The notes under the pieces: generated by a model
Told to the model about the DNA's origin: nothing
The model's input: only the letters and a program-made list of their open reading frames with translations
Database searches by the model: none
Position numbers and translations under genes: made by a program
Origin: a virus
Lineage: Duplodnaviria; Caudoviricetes
Reading direction: 5' to 3' (one strand)
Length of the DNA: 32,899 nt
Virus record (IMG/VR): IMGVR_UViG_3300045999_005752
Span: 1 to 32,899 of that record
Shown: positions 1-9,451 of the stretch, piece by piece
Layout: the number at the start of each line of letters is the position of its first letter
Numbering within the stretch: position 1 is the first letter of the stretch

Positions 1-2
1 GG

Positions 3-3000
3 GGACCTCGCCCCCAGACCCGCTTTGTAGATTTAACCCCGTTGACTCCGGTGCAAGCCAGACAAAAACTAGCGGTTATCCAAGATGAAAACCCTGACGG
101 TGATTTCTTTATCACGCCTCACCCAACTATGGGCGGTCGGTTTGCCATTGAAGAGCGAGCAGACAGAAAGATAGCGCAGCTTAATCAAGAGGCGTTGGAT
201 GTTTTAGAAAGACAAGAGCAAATTGAAGCGGGTGATCAGGCTCAGGTTCGCGTTAAAGCAGAAGGCGTAGCAATACAGCAAGCAGAGCAAGCTGCCGCAC
301 AAAAACAGGCTGATATACAGGGAGCATTTGCAAGCGCTCCTCCAAACCCACAGTCAGTTATTGAAGCGTTTTCTGTGCCTGCCCCTGCAAGGAACGCTGC
401 GCAAGTTGCTGCAATTAATCAAGCAACCAAAAGACTTAATCCGTCAGACCTTAGCGTCCTAGAAATGGCTGGGCAATACCCCGGCTCTATGAAGAATGCA
501 GTCGAAAGGATTGAGCGCGAGCATAGGATCAAGTATTCCCTGTCCAACGATGCAACACCAGATCTTAAAGACACCGTTGACGATATGCGCAAGAAGCTAT
601 TGCCTATCCTCAAGCGCTTTGGGTTGGGTAATATTGGTCTGCGTCTTGTTGATACCATCGAGAACGGTGGTGCAGACGGCATGTACGCCAAACAGGTCAT
701 TACCTTAGCATTGGATTCTGATAATCCTCTTGGTGTGATGCGCCATGAGGTCATTCATGCGCTGAAAGAACTTGGTGCGTTTACACCCGCTGAGTGGAAA
801 GTTCTGACCAAGGCAGCTAAAGATACATGGATCAATCAGTTCTTTAACAGGGACATGCAGGATCGCTATCAACGAGTTTATCTCGAGCAGAACGGCAACC
901 TTGATGGGTTCCCAGAATACCTGCAAGAAGAAGCAATTGCTCAGGCATTCCGCTTTTACACAGAGACCAAACCACCATCAGGCATGATTGCTAACCTGAT
1001 GCGCCGTTTAAACGCATTCTTTGATGCGCTGGGCAACTTTCTTGCTGGCAAAGGTTTTACAAACATTAACGAGATGTTCTTGCCTAACCGTATTTTTGCT
1101 GACATCGAGCGTGGCGCTATTCAGCCGGGTCGTGAGCAAGGTCGTGTTGAGTCAACTCCACAGGAATGGCAAGCAACACCTGTTGATGTTGCACAGGCTG
1201 CTGCATACGAGCAAGAGAATGGTATTGCTCCGTACCTGTCAGAAGGTCAGCTTCAAGTTGATGTTCCAATGGCGCGGTATTCGCTCAAGCCTGCTTACAC
1301 ACCAAAGCAATTAGCCAAGGGTGACGGAGACAACCATCCTATATTTGGTCTGCCGCTCAATAAGAACGGCACAATCACTCTGTATCTGCCAACCAATAAC
1401 GCAGAAGCAAAGCGTATCGTTCGAGAGAAAAAGCTCCAAGGCAATACGCCTGATGCTAACCGCATTTACCTGACCAATGAATCAAGCGGCCCGAAGGTAA
1501 TGAGCAATCCGGGCAACATCGATCACACGATGGATGGCGCTAACGTGATGATTCAGGTTGATCCTGCTTATCTGCAGCTTGATCAGGAATACGCAGACGG
1601 TCGAAAGGACTTTTTCATTCAGATTGCAGAAGGCAAAGCGTTTGCTGAGAAGATGGCGCAGATGAAGCTCTTCACGCTTGATGCTCCGCGTGATCGTGCC
1701 ATCTCCAAGGAAACATCACTGGCAGAGATTGAAGCCAAGATTAAAGGTGGCGTTGAAGCTTACAAGGCTTTGGATCCCAAGGAAAAGCGTAAGCGTTTAG
1801 CTGAAGCACGTAAGACTTTGAAAGAGCAGCACAACGTTGGCACCTTGCTATCTGAAAACGGCAAGCTGCAGAAGACCCGCGTTGGTGACTACGGCATCAA
1901 GTTCGAAGGCAATAGCGTTGCGTCTATGGGTCTTGGTCTGGCTTCTGCGCAGAAGATTACCGAGAAGCTATCGAGCTGCCCTCGCTCTGCCCGTTGCGAG
2001 AGCCTGTGCCTTGGTGAGACTAGCGGTCAGAACCTGCTGTATGGTGGTGATGGTCAGTTTAAATCAGGACCTCGTCTGTCGCAGTACTTGAAGACCGAAG
2101 CAATGGTCATCCACCCAGAAGAGTTTGCCATCGTTCTTTACAACGAGATCGAAGCATTCAAGAAATGGTCTGCCAAAGAAACAGGCACAGAGACCGTTAC
2201 AAACGACGCAGGCGAAAAGGTTAAGGTTCCAAAGCAGGCTTACCAGCCAGCTATTCGTTTAAACGTTACAAGCGACTTTGCTCCGAAGGTATTCGAGCCA
2301 ATCATTGGTTCATTTCCTGATGTTGAGTTCTACGACTACACCAAGCTGAACACGCAGACGATTGCTAAGAACCATCACCTTACCTACTCCTCAGACGGTG
2401 TAGCACAGGTTGTTGATGGCAAGACCGTTGGTGTTGGTTCCAACTGGAAGGAAATGGTTAAGAAGTTGGACGGTGGCAAGAACGTTGCTATGGCGTTTAC
2501 AAGCCGTAAAGCTATGCCTGAGTTCCTCCTTGATGAAGCCACTGGTAAGAAGTATCAAGTATGGAACGGCGATAACTATGATGCGCGATTCCTTGATCCA
2601 AAGCCGGGCGAGAAAGGCAACAAGCTTAACCAAGGCATGATCATTGGTTTAACCAACAAGGATCGAACTGGCAAGCCTGAAGACGCTGCCATCAAGAACG
2701 ATGGTTTCTTTGTTGACTACGATCCTGCTCGTGATGGCAAGACATTGACTATCAAGGATCAGCAAAAGATATCCGGTGAAAAGAAAGTCATTCCTATTGG
2801 CAAGAAGTTCTCCCTCCGCGCACCAAAGACTCCAGAGTTTAAACGTTTCTTTGGCAACAGCAAGGTTGTTAAACCAGACAATACACCGAAGGTTATGTAC
2901 CACGGGACTGCTCGCATCATTGACGAGTTCATTCCGAAGCAAGCAGGTGCAATCTTTGTTACAGAAAATCCTGAGTTTGCAGGAAAGTTTTCAGAAGACT

Positions 3001-6000
3001 CTGTGAACTACATGGTAAGGGAGCAGATTGAAAAGATTAGCGAAGCTTACGCAAAAATGACGCCTGCCGATCAGGTTAAGTTTTTACAAAAGGCTTATCG
3101 TCTTGGCGCAAAAAATAACGAAATTTCAAAAAACGTTGCTAAGGCAAACATTGGCACCCTTGATAACGATCTTGAAAGCGGAAGGTTTGCAGATCTAAGC
3201 CAAGCCTATTTCAATGAAGTTTCAGAATTCTTTCGTGATTCGATTCGCAAAGAATTAAAGTCTGGCGAAAACATCATGCCCCTGTATGTTCGGGCAGAGA
3301 ATCCTTTTGACTTTGAAAACCCTGCGCATGTTAACCAAGTTTACGCTCGCTTAGTTAATATGTTGAGTGAGCAGTATGCAATCTCAAAAGAAAGGCTCGC
3401 AACTGGCGACTGGCCTGCGATTGAAGACGAAACCGTTCAGCAAATCATCAAAGACCTTGGGCATGATGGCTTCTATGTCAAAGAAGGGGGTGAAAAGAAC
3501 CTTGCTGTCTACAATCCTAACCAGATTAAGTCTGCCACTGGCAACCGTGGAACGTTCGACGAGAGCGGTCGTATCCTGTACTCGCTAAAGAACGCACCAC
3601 CTAATCGCTACACCAAGCTGGCAGAGAGCGCTCCCACTACAGGCGAGGCAATCACCAAAGTAGCAACGTCAGCATTTAACGCGGTGCGTAATGACGGCAC
3701 CCGTACAAGCGCACGTATCAATCTGGTTGATCGCTTTGCCGGTGTGAGCAAGACCCTGTCTCCGCTCCCTCTCTTTAGCGACGGTGTATTACGCGCTGAT
3801 ATGTTGCACCACGCCAAGGCTCAGGGCATTAACCTGATCAAGGGCGGTCTGGTCAGTGGCATTCCTGTGCTAAACGGCGATGGCACTATCGGTATCCAGA
3901 TCAGCGAGAACAACCTTGCACGTGCTGCATACCTTGCCGACAAGCTTGATACAAACCAGAACGTTGTTGACTCAGGTCTTAGCGGTCGTTCGTATATGTC
4001 AGAGGTTGCCCGTATCCTGCGTGGCATGGACATCATCGAGGAAGACAAGGCAACCCGCGCATTGGGTGAGCAACAGATCAGCGATGCCAACTTCTTTGCC
4101 AACGAGCTTAAGAAAGAGCTTAAAGCAGGCAACATAACGGCAACGCAGGTTGTGCAGTTCCAAGGTCAAATTGACAAGCTGCGCGAAGAGGGCAACGCTA
4201 ATCGCAAGGTCAATCGAGAGCTACAGGTCAAGCCTGAAGATATCGCTTGGGCGCAGAAGCAGTTGCAGATCACACCGGAAGTCCAAGAGATACTGGATAT
4301 CTGGAAAGCGGTTAACACATCCTTGGTTGACCTGTGGGAAAACGTTGGCTTGCTCGACAAAGAGACAGCCGACAAATACCGCGCAGCGAAGAACTATGTG
4401 CCGCTGTTTAAGTCACGTGAAGATTTAAACGAAGAAGGATTCTTCCGTACCGGCACCGGTGCCAAGACAACAGCAAAGATCAAGGCTCTGAAAGGAGCTA
4501 CAGATCAGCGCAACATCTTGGAGAACATCGACAAGCAGTACGCCACGATGATTGCCGCTGCCTATGAAAACCAGACACGCCGTGTATCTGTTGAGCAAAT
4601 GCGAGGCATTTCTGAAGAGCTGGCTGAGATTACCAACGCATCTGATCCCCGTGTAAACCTCCGATACCGTGAGAACGGCAAGGATGTACACGTCATCATT
4701 GAGAACCCGAACGACCTAGCTGCGTTCCAGTCAATGACCTATCAGCTCAGCCCGATCATGAAGGCGTTTGGAGGTTTCACCAAAGTCCTACGGGCGGGCG
4801 CATTGCTTAACCCTATGTTCTGGATCAGGCAGCTTATTCGCGACCCTATATCCGCCACGCTAACGGGGCAGGCAGGCATTGTCACGCCGTTCCATTCTGC
4901 CAAAGAGTTCCTGTCGGTCATCACCCGCAACTCCGAAGAGGCGAAGATCCTTGCCTCACGCGGTGTGATTGGTCAGTTCGACAGCACCGTTACCCTACAG
5001 GAATACTTGGGCAACGTTGGCAAGGACAAGCAGCAGTCGCCCGGGATGATCCAACGCGGTTTACACAGGCTGCTCGAGATCCACGAAGCGTCTGATGCTG
5101 CTACCCGTATTGCCATCTACAAGAAGGCAAAGGCTAAGGCTATTAAAGACGGCATGTCAGAGAGCCAAGCTGTTGACTACGCCGTGTTTAAAGCACGTGA
5201 GTCGATTAACTTTGCATTGACCGGCAACTCGCCAACCCTTGCAAACCTGCGCCAGATGATCCCGTTCCTGAACGCCACGATTGTTGGCTTGGATACGCTC
5301 TACCGCGCAGCCACAGGTTACGGTTTAAACCCTGAAGAGCGGGCCAAGGTTCAGCGGATGTTTGCTACCCGCGCCATGATGATGGTAACTATGACCGTTG
5401 CGTATGCCGCGTCTCTGCAGGATGACGATGACTACAAGAAGCTGCCTGACTATGTGAAGGACGGCAACTGGCTCATCCCGATGTCTACAGAGTCTGGCAA
5501 ACAGTTCGTCAAGGTCACAGTCCCATACGAAGTTGGCTTCCTGTTCAAGACATTGCCAGAAGTCTTTGTGCGTTATATGTCTGGCACCAGTACAGGCAAG
5601 GAGTCTCTTGCCTCTATTCGCTCAGGGTTTATCCAGAATATGCCTACGGGCGGTGTGCCAGTCCCACAGGCTGTGCGCCCCTTACTGGAAGTGGTCACTA
5701 ACCATTCGTTCTTTACCAACCGTCCTATCGAGGGCATGGGTGATTCCCGTCTGCCTGTTGCGGAGCGCGGGCAGAGAGCCAGTGAGTTTGCCAAGATGAT
5801 GAGCGGTCTGGGTCTGGACAAGTTTAGCCTTTCGCCTGCCAAGATAGACGTTCTTACCAAGGGCTACTTTGCTGAGCTTGGTTCTTTCTTTAACGAGCTT
5901 TCTGGTGCTGTCATCAATACGGCAACCGGCAAGGAACCAACACCTAAGAACGTGGATAACGCATTCTCGAAAGCGTTCCTGACAGACCCGTCTGTAAACA

Positions 6001-6326
6001 AGGCTATCTCCGACTTCTACGATATTGAACGTAGCGCACAAGAGACAGCCAATTTGTTTAACGACATGAAGAAACAAGGACGCGGTGAGGATTTGCGAGC
6101 TTTGCTTTCCGACCCTGAAAAGCGTATGCAGGTTGGCATCTCTCCAACTCTGAATCGGATACAGAAGAACATGTCGGATATCAATGCGGCTATCCGGATA
6201 ATAGACAGAAACCAGTCTATCCCGCCGCAGGAACGCAGGGCAAAAATAAACGAGCTTCAAGGGATTCTTGGAAAGCTCGCTGAGAAAGGGAATGAAGTGG
6301 CAGGGATTGCGGGTCTTAGTCGCTGA
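3..6326 (+). CDS. Giant polyvalent (internal virion/ejection-type) protein, 5'-truncated by the window: HExxH metallopeptidase, Gp88-like Cys domain, ART-like domain, LPD38-like C-terminus
   Basis: Frame is open from base 3 with no stop before the listed TTG at 42. Motifs: MRHEVIH; CPRSARCESLC..RLNVTSD..FYDYTK..DARFLDP; FKRFFGNSKVV..MYHGT..PLYVRAENPFD..GHDG..PNQIKSATGNRGTF; C-terminal IPFLNA..PYEVG..SPAKID. Confidence 0.8.
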   Translation, partial: GPRPQTRFVDLTPLTPVQARQKLAVIQDENPDGDFFITPHPTMGGRFAIEERADRKIAQLNQEALDVLERQEQIEAGDQAQVRVKAEGVAIQQAEQAAAQKQADIQGAFASAPPNPQSVIEAFSVPAPARNAAQVAAINQATKRLNPSDLSVLEMAGQYPGSMKNAVERIEREHRIKYSLSNDATPDLKDTVDDMRKKLLPILKRFGLGNIGLRLVDTIENGGADGMYAKQVITLALDSDNPLGVMRHEVIHALKELGAFTPAEWKVLTKAAKDTWINQFFNRDMQDRYQRVYLEQNGNLDGFPEYLQEEAIAQAFRFYTETKPPSGMIANLMRRLNAFFDALGNFLAGKGFTNINEMFLPNRIFADIERGAIQPGREQGRVESTPQEWQATPVDVAQAAAYEQENGIAPYLSEGQLQVDVPMARYSLKPAYTPKQLAKGDGDNHPIFGLPLNKNGTITLYLPTNNAEAKRIVREKKLQGNTPDANRIYLTNESSGPKVMSNPGNIDHTMDGANVMIQVDPAYLQLDQEYADGRKDFFIQIAEGKAFAEKMAQMKLFTLDAPRDRAISKETSLAEIEAKIKGGVEAYKALDPKEKRKRLAEARKTLKEQHNVGTLLSENGKLQKTRVGDYGIKFEGNSVASMGLGLASAQKITEKLSSCPRSARCESLCLGETSGQNLLYGGDGQFKSGPRLSQYLKTEAMVIHPEEFAIVLYNEIEAFKKWSAKETGTETVTNDAGEKVKVPKQAYQPAIRLNVTSDFAPKVFEPIIGSFPDVEFYDYTKLNTQTIAKNHHLTYSSDGVAQVVDGKTVGVGSNWKEMVKKLDGGKNVAMAFTSRKAMPEFLLDEATGKKYQVWNGDNYDARFLDPKPGEKGNKLNQGMIIGLTNKDRTGKPEDAAIKNDGFFVDYDPARDGKTLTIKDQQKISGEKKVIPIGKKFSLRAPKTPEFKRFFGNSKVVKPDNTPKVMYHGTARIIDEFIPKQAGAIFVTENPEFAGKFSEDSVNYMVREQIEKISEAYAKMTPADQVKFLQKAYRLGAKNNEISKNVAKANIGTLDNDLESGRFADLSQAYFNEVSEFFRDSIRKELKSGENIMPLYVRAENPFDFENPAHVNQVYARLVNMLSEQYAISKERLATGDWPAIEDETVQQIIKDLGHDGFYVKEGGEKNLAVYNPNQIKSATGNRGTFDESGRILYSLKNAPPNRYTKLAESAPTTGEAITKVATSAFNAVRNDGTRTSARINLVDRFAGVSKTLSPLPLFSDGVLRADMLHHAKAQGINLIKGGLVSGIPVLNGDGTIGIQISENNLARAAYLADKLDTNQNVVDSGLSGRSYMSEVARILRGMDIIEEDKATRALGEQQISDANFFANELKKELKAGNITATQVVQFQGQIDKLREEGNANRKVNRELQVKPEDIAWAQKQLQITPEVQEILDIWKAVNTSLVDLWENVGLLDKETADKYRAAKNYVPLFKSREDLNEEGFFRTGTGAKTTAKIKALKGATDQRNILENIDKQYATMIAAAYENQTRRVSVEQMRGISEELAEITNASDPRVNLRYRENGKDVHVIIENPNDLAAFQSMTYQLSPIMKAFGGFTKVLRAGALLNPMFWIRQLIRDPISATLTGQAGIVTPFHSAKEFLSVITRNSEEAKILASRGVIGQFDSTVTLQEYLGNVGKDKQQSPGMIQRGLHRLLEIHEASDAATRIAIYKKAKAKAIKDGMSESQAVDYAVFKARESINFALTGNSPTLANLRQMIPFLNATIVGLDTLYRAATGYGLNPEERAKVQRMFATRAMMMVTMTVAYAASLQDDDDYKKLPDYVKDGNWLIPMSTESGKQFVKVTVPYEVGFLFKTLPEVFVRYMSGTSTGKESLASIRSGFIQNMPTGGVPVPQAVRPLLEVVTNHSFFTNRPIEGMGDSRLPVAERGQRASEFAKMMSGLGLDKFSLSPAKIDVLTKGYFAELGSFFNELSGAVINTATGKEPTPKNVDNAFSKAFLTDPSVNKAISDFYDIERSAQETANLFNDMKKQGRGEDLRALLSDPEKRMQVGISPTLNRIQKNMSDINAAIRIIDRNQSIPPQERRAKINELQGILGKLAEKGNEVAGIAGLSR

Positions 6327-6606
6327 TCCGCTGTTTGACCTGCTCGTAAAGCTCCCATTCGGTGCCGTACCTGCGCTCGAACTCTTTCTTCCAAGGGTGC
6401 CTTGATACGTACTCTGGGTTATTGTGTCCAGACCGGTGGTGCAACGGGCAAAGCGGGATGGTATGCAGGTGGCTTACCCGTCGGTTACCGTTCTGGTGGA
6501 GGTGGTGTATATCAGCAGGTGAGACACCACGCTCCTCGTTTAAACACACTATGCAGCCAAGCTGCTGCACCCTGTCAAACCATTCCTTCTCACTCAACGT
6601 TGCCAT
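6316..6606 (-). CDS. Ref-like (recombination enhancement) HNH nuclease
   Basis: LGCIVC..DIHH..TIPLCPLHHR pattern of the phage Ref/DUF968-type family. Confidence 0.75.
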   Translation of the reverse strand: MATLSEKEWFDRVQQLGCIVCLNEERGVSPADIHHLHQNGNRRVSHLHTIPLCPLHHRSGHNNPEYVSRHPWKKEFERRYGTEWELYEQVKQRISD

Positions 6607-6805
6607 GAGCCTTTGCCTCTTGAAGCTGCCTGCGTAATTCTCGTATTACCTTGCGGTAAAAGTCTACCTGTTCCATTGTGTTCTCAGCGCAGTCCTCGAA
6701 CATTCCGTACGCTTTGTGGTACGAGTATTTCCAGTACTGTATCTGCTCCTTATCGTTTAAACCCTCTATGTCCTTGACTAAGTTGAAATGCCTCCAGCTG
6801 TCCAT
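6590..6805 (-). CDS. Hypothetical phage protein
   Basis: 71-aa ORF coupled to its neighbours; GGGGA RBS. Confidence 0.6.
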   Translation of the reverse strand: MDSWRHFNLVKDIEGLNDKEQIQYWKYSYHKAYGMFEDCAENTMEQVDFYRKVIRELRRQLQEAKAHGNVE

Positions 6806-6807
6806 TG

Positions 6808-6999
6808 CTATCCCCTTGTTTTAAGCATGGCATCAGCAATCGCGTAAGCTTCTTGCGCGTCCATGTAGTGCGTGTTGTAGTGGTGGTGAGGGTTGGCATA
6901 CATGCCTTGCAGAGCTGCCGCCGCAAAGTAATCACGCAGGGTCATGCCTTCTGCTATGTCATCTTTATTTTTCCATGTAGGGAACGCGGGTTGGTTCAT
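6808..6999 (-). CDS. Small phage protein of the 'PAFP...GMTLRDYFAA' family
   Basis: PAFP..GMTLRDYFAAAALQG..AYAIADAML motif. Confidence 0.75.
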   Translation of the reverse strand: MNQPAFPTWKNKDDIAEGMTLRDYFAAAALQGMYANPHHHYNTHYMDAQEAYAIADAMLKTRG

Positions 7000-7283
7000 T
7001 TGTCAGTCTCCTCGATAAGTTTGTCCAAGTAATGCCGTGCCTTCTTTAAATCTTGCAGTCCGTGCTTTTCTTTCCATCGCGATACGTACTTGATGATGTT
7101 GCCTTCAAGGTACCCGATGTTATTGCTAATGATGTAATCCCAAGGCTGAATAGCTTTGTTCTGATAATGATCTCCTCCTTCCTGTCGGTCGTTGGCTTTT
7201 GGCTTCTTTAATGCCGTATCAAGAGCTTGCTTAATTTCTTCACGGCGGTCTAAGGGTGGGTACATATCGGGTTCCTCATCCAT
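6996..7283 (-). CDS. DUF3310 (SaV-like) protein
   Basis: RQEGGDHY..IQPWDYI..GNIIKYVSRW..DLKKARHYLDKL. Confidence 0.85.
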   Translation of the reverse strand: MDEEPDMYPPLDRREEIKQALDTALKKPKANDRQEGGDHYQNKAIQPWDYIISNNIGYLEGNIIKYVSRWKEKHGLQDLKKARHYLDKLIEETDK

Positions 7284-7612
7284 GCGGCGGCTTCATCGCA
7301 CCTTGGTTTTAAAATGGCATCAGGTATTCTTGATGTCGAACGTTCTTCCTTCGTCTTGTTAACCTTGATTGGCTGGGTAGCATTTATTCCCTTGCCTATC
7401 ATGTAAACGCGCAACCTTATACCTCTCTTGCTTCTAGCCCAAGCACAGATGTGAACCATCTCTAGCTTAAGCATTTCAGAAAGGACAGCATCAACCGTTG
7501 CTTTTGGCAGGCCAACATGATCGGCTAATGCATGAGATGTTGTTTGTTCTAGCTCGTTTAAACCCTCTTGAATAATCATCGGGTTCTTTGCCCTAAGATT
7601 TATGTTTGGCAT
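7250..7612 (-). CDS. Hypothetical protein, possible winged-helix DNA-binding
   Basis: TSHALADHVGLPKATVDAVLSEM resembles an HTH; GGAGG RBS. Confidence 0.55.
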   Translation of the reverse strand: MPNINLRAKNPMIIQEGLNELEQTTSHALADHVGLPKATVDAVLSEMLKLEMVHICAWARSKRGIRLRVYMIGKGINATQPIKVNKTKEERSTSRIPDAILKPRCDEAAAWMRNPICTHP

Positions 7613-7818
7613 TATGCCTCCTGTGCTTGATCACCGTTCTTCTCCTTAAAGTTATCCACAGCGATACACCCACGCTCTCGGCACCCTTCGTCCAAGTCAG
7701 GCAAGAACTCGTCAAGGGCTTCGTATATCTTCATAGGCAACATTCCGGGCGATGCGTGATACAGCACCGCGATAATCTTTAGCTTTTCTACTAATGGCTT
7801 GGCTTGTTCGTACCTCAT
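7612..7818 (-). CDS. Hypothetical phage protein
   Basis: 68-aa coupled ORF with GGAG RBS. Confidence 0.6.
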   Translation of the reverse strand: MRYEQAKPLVEKLKIIAVLYHASPGMLPMKIYEALDEFLPDLDEGCRERGCIAVDNFKEKNGDQAQEA

Positions 7819-8030
7819 GTCTTCTCCACGTTTTGAAATTCAACTTTGTATATGCCACCGTCCATACCCCAGTCAATGCGTAGGTTGCACTCTTTGTAGT
7901 ACGGGTTCAGCATCGTACCTAGATGATGCGACTCAGGCTTAACGCTGTAGTACCTGCTAGTGATGACCTTGCCCTGATCTTCGGGCGGTATGGTCTGTCG
8001 ATACAGCGGGGGTTTTGTTTTAGCTCCCAC
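7815..8030 (-). CDS. Hypothetical phage protein
   Basis: GTG start after AAGGAG; overlaps neighbours. Confidence 0.55.
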   Translation of the reverse strand: MGAKTKPPLYRQTIPPEDQGKVITSRYYSVKPESHHLGTMLNPYYKECNLRIDWGMDGGIYKVEFQNVEKT

Positions 8031-8241
8031 CGTTCTTCTCCTTTCTTAAAACTTCAGCAACCCGTACTAGCTCAACCATATCTTCGTGGCTCAGTCTACC
8101 GACCCACTCATGCCCCTCTTTGTAAAAAGCAATGTCCAGTAGATGTGCGCCGCTTGTCGAGTATATGGGTAGCGCAATGTGTTGAGTGTCGTTGTTGTGC
8201 CATGCTATCTTTGCGCGTCTGATTAAATCGTCATCATCCAC
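8020..8241 (-). CDS. Hypothetical phage protein
   Basis: Probable GTG start at 8241 after AAGGAG (MDDDDLIRR...). Confidence 0.55.
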   Translation of the reverse strand: MDDDDLIRRAKIAWHNNDTQHIALPIYSTSGAHLLDIAFYKEGHEWVGRLSHEDMVELVRVAEVLRKEKNGGS

Positions 8242-8767
8242 CGTTCTTCTCCTTGAGTTTGGCTTCGACATCTCGCTGCACAATAAAAAAGTCCATGTAT
8301 GTCATATCAGTGTCGTATAGGTCATAGTTCTTGTTATAGATTTCGGACATCTCATCCTCCGTCAGCCCGACCCATTCTTTGCGTGGTGGTGCGGTGTAGA
8401 GTGCAAAACAACTGTGCAATTCTGTAAAATCATTTGGATTATCTGTCACAAATGCTGATGCACCGTCTAGCGTGTAAACCATCCAAGCTATGGGTTCTTG
8501 TTTCTCTGCTTGTTGTGGTACGGCATAGAGAGGTTTACTCTCACCTTTAATTGCTCCTGCTGGGTTTTCAAAAGCGCACGGATACCAAGAGCCATCAATA
8601 GAATCACGAACCACCCACGCCACAGGCTCTTGCTTCTCTGCTTGCTCGATGGCTTGGCGTAGTGCTTGAATCTCAGGTAGCAATTCAACCCTATACACAG
8701 CATCAATGCCAATTTCCCACAGGCTTTCAAACTTAGCCAACGCCATCTTCATTGCTTCAATGCTCAT
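8234..8767 (-). CDS. Modular phage protein with two 'AEKQEP(V/I)AW' segments and a 'WVGLT..E' C-terminal module
   Basis: ATG at 8767 overlaps the upstream stop; internal duplicated motif. Confidence 0.7.
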   Translation of the reverse strand: MSIEAMKMALAKFESLWEIGIDAVYRVELLPEIQALRQAIEQAEKQEPVAWVVRDSIDGSWYPCAFENPAGAIKGESKPLYAVPQQAEKQEPIAWMVYTLDGASAFVTDNPNDFTELHSCFALYTAPPRKEWVGLTEDEMSEIYNKNYDLYDTDMTYMDFFIVQRDVEAKLKEKNGG

Positions 8768-8892
8768 CTTTTTCCCCCACGGTGTTTTTGCCACAGTTCT
8801 TTAATCAGAATCAAACAATAGACAATGCCCGCAAACACCGAAGCAAAAATCAAAAAAGTAGATAAAGCAAACACAACGGATTCATAATTCAT
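8764..8892 (-). CDS. Small membrane protein (42 aa, not in ORF track)
   Basis: MNYESVVFALSTFLIFASVFAGIVYCLILIKELWQKHRGGKR fills the gap with ATGA overlaps at both ends. Confidence 0.6.
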   Translation of the reverse strand: MNYESVVFALSTFLIFASVFAGIVYCLILIKELWQKHRGGKR

Positions 8893-9125
8893 TTCTCACC
8901 CCTCGCTCTAATCGTTTCTGCCAGTCGTAGCTTGTATTCGTCCTCACACAACTTCGCGCAAGCCTCACGCTCGGCAAGTACCGCAGCCTGTAGGTCTTCG
9001 TAAGAATACTTAGCTATGTAATACTCTGGCATCTTGATCTTTACGAACCCCTCTTTGTACTCAGGGCTATTCTTGTATCGCTCGTACTCACGGTCAAAGG
9101 CTTCGTTGACTTCTTTTTCGTTCAT
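8889..9125 (-). CDS. Hypothetical phage protein ('EREACAK' family)
   Basis: AAVLAEREACAKLCE..IRARG motif. Confidence 0.7.
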   Translation of the reverse strand: MNEKEVNEAFDREYERYKNSPEYKEGFVKIKMPEYYIAKYSYEDLQAAVLAEREACAKLCEDEYKLRLAETIRARGEK

Positions 9126-9346
9126 TCCCGCCCCCCGTTCATGGCTCGGTCAACCTGCTCGTTTAACTGCTTGTCTGTCACCATGAACAACTGGTGAGTT
9201 GCTTGGTTCAGCCATCGGTAACGGTCAGCATCAACCTTCAATTCCTTGATGATCTCTGCGACCTGCGCCATCTCTTCATGCGTCATCAGGTACCCATTCT
9301 CAAGCACCCTGAGTAATTGTTTGTAGTCCCGCATATCTCTGTTCAT
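9122..9346 (-). CDS. Hypothetical phage protein ('DADRYRWL' family)
   Basis: DADRYRWL motif; GGAGG RBS. Confidence 0.7.
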   Translation of the reverse strand: MNRDMRDYKQLLRVLENGYLMTHEEMAQVAEIIKELKVDADRYRWLNQATHQLFMVTDKQLNEQVDRAMNGGRE

Positions 9347-9451
9347 TTAGCCTCCGGTCTTTATTGATAACCAAATAATTAAACCTACTACCAACCCCAC
9401 CAACAGGAGTGAACCAGTAACAATAGCAAAGGCGAGTAGTAGGTCTATCAT
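9347..9451 (-). CDS. Small membrane peptide (34 aa)
   Basis: MIDLLLAFAIVTGSLLLVGLVVGLIIWLSIKTGG; ATG overlaps the upstream TGA. Confidence 0.55.
   Translation of the reverse strand: MIDLLLAFAIVTGSLLLVGLVVGLIIWLSIKTGG

Noticed and set aside
419-6260. Many antisense and alternate-frame ORFs inside the giant gene (and likewise inside terL and portal)
   Set aside because: Shadow ORFs without RBS or recognisable motifs, fully overlapped by well-supported genes.
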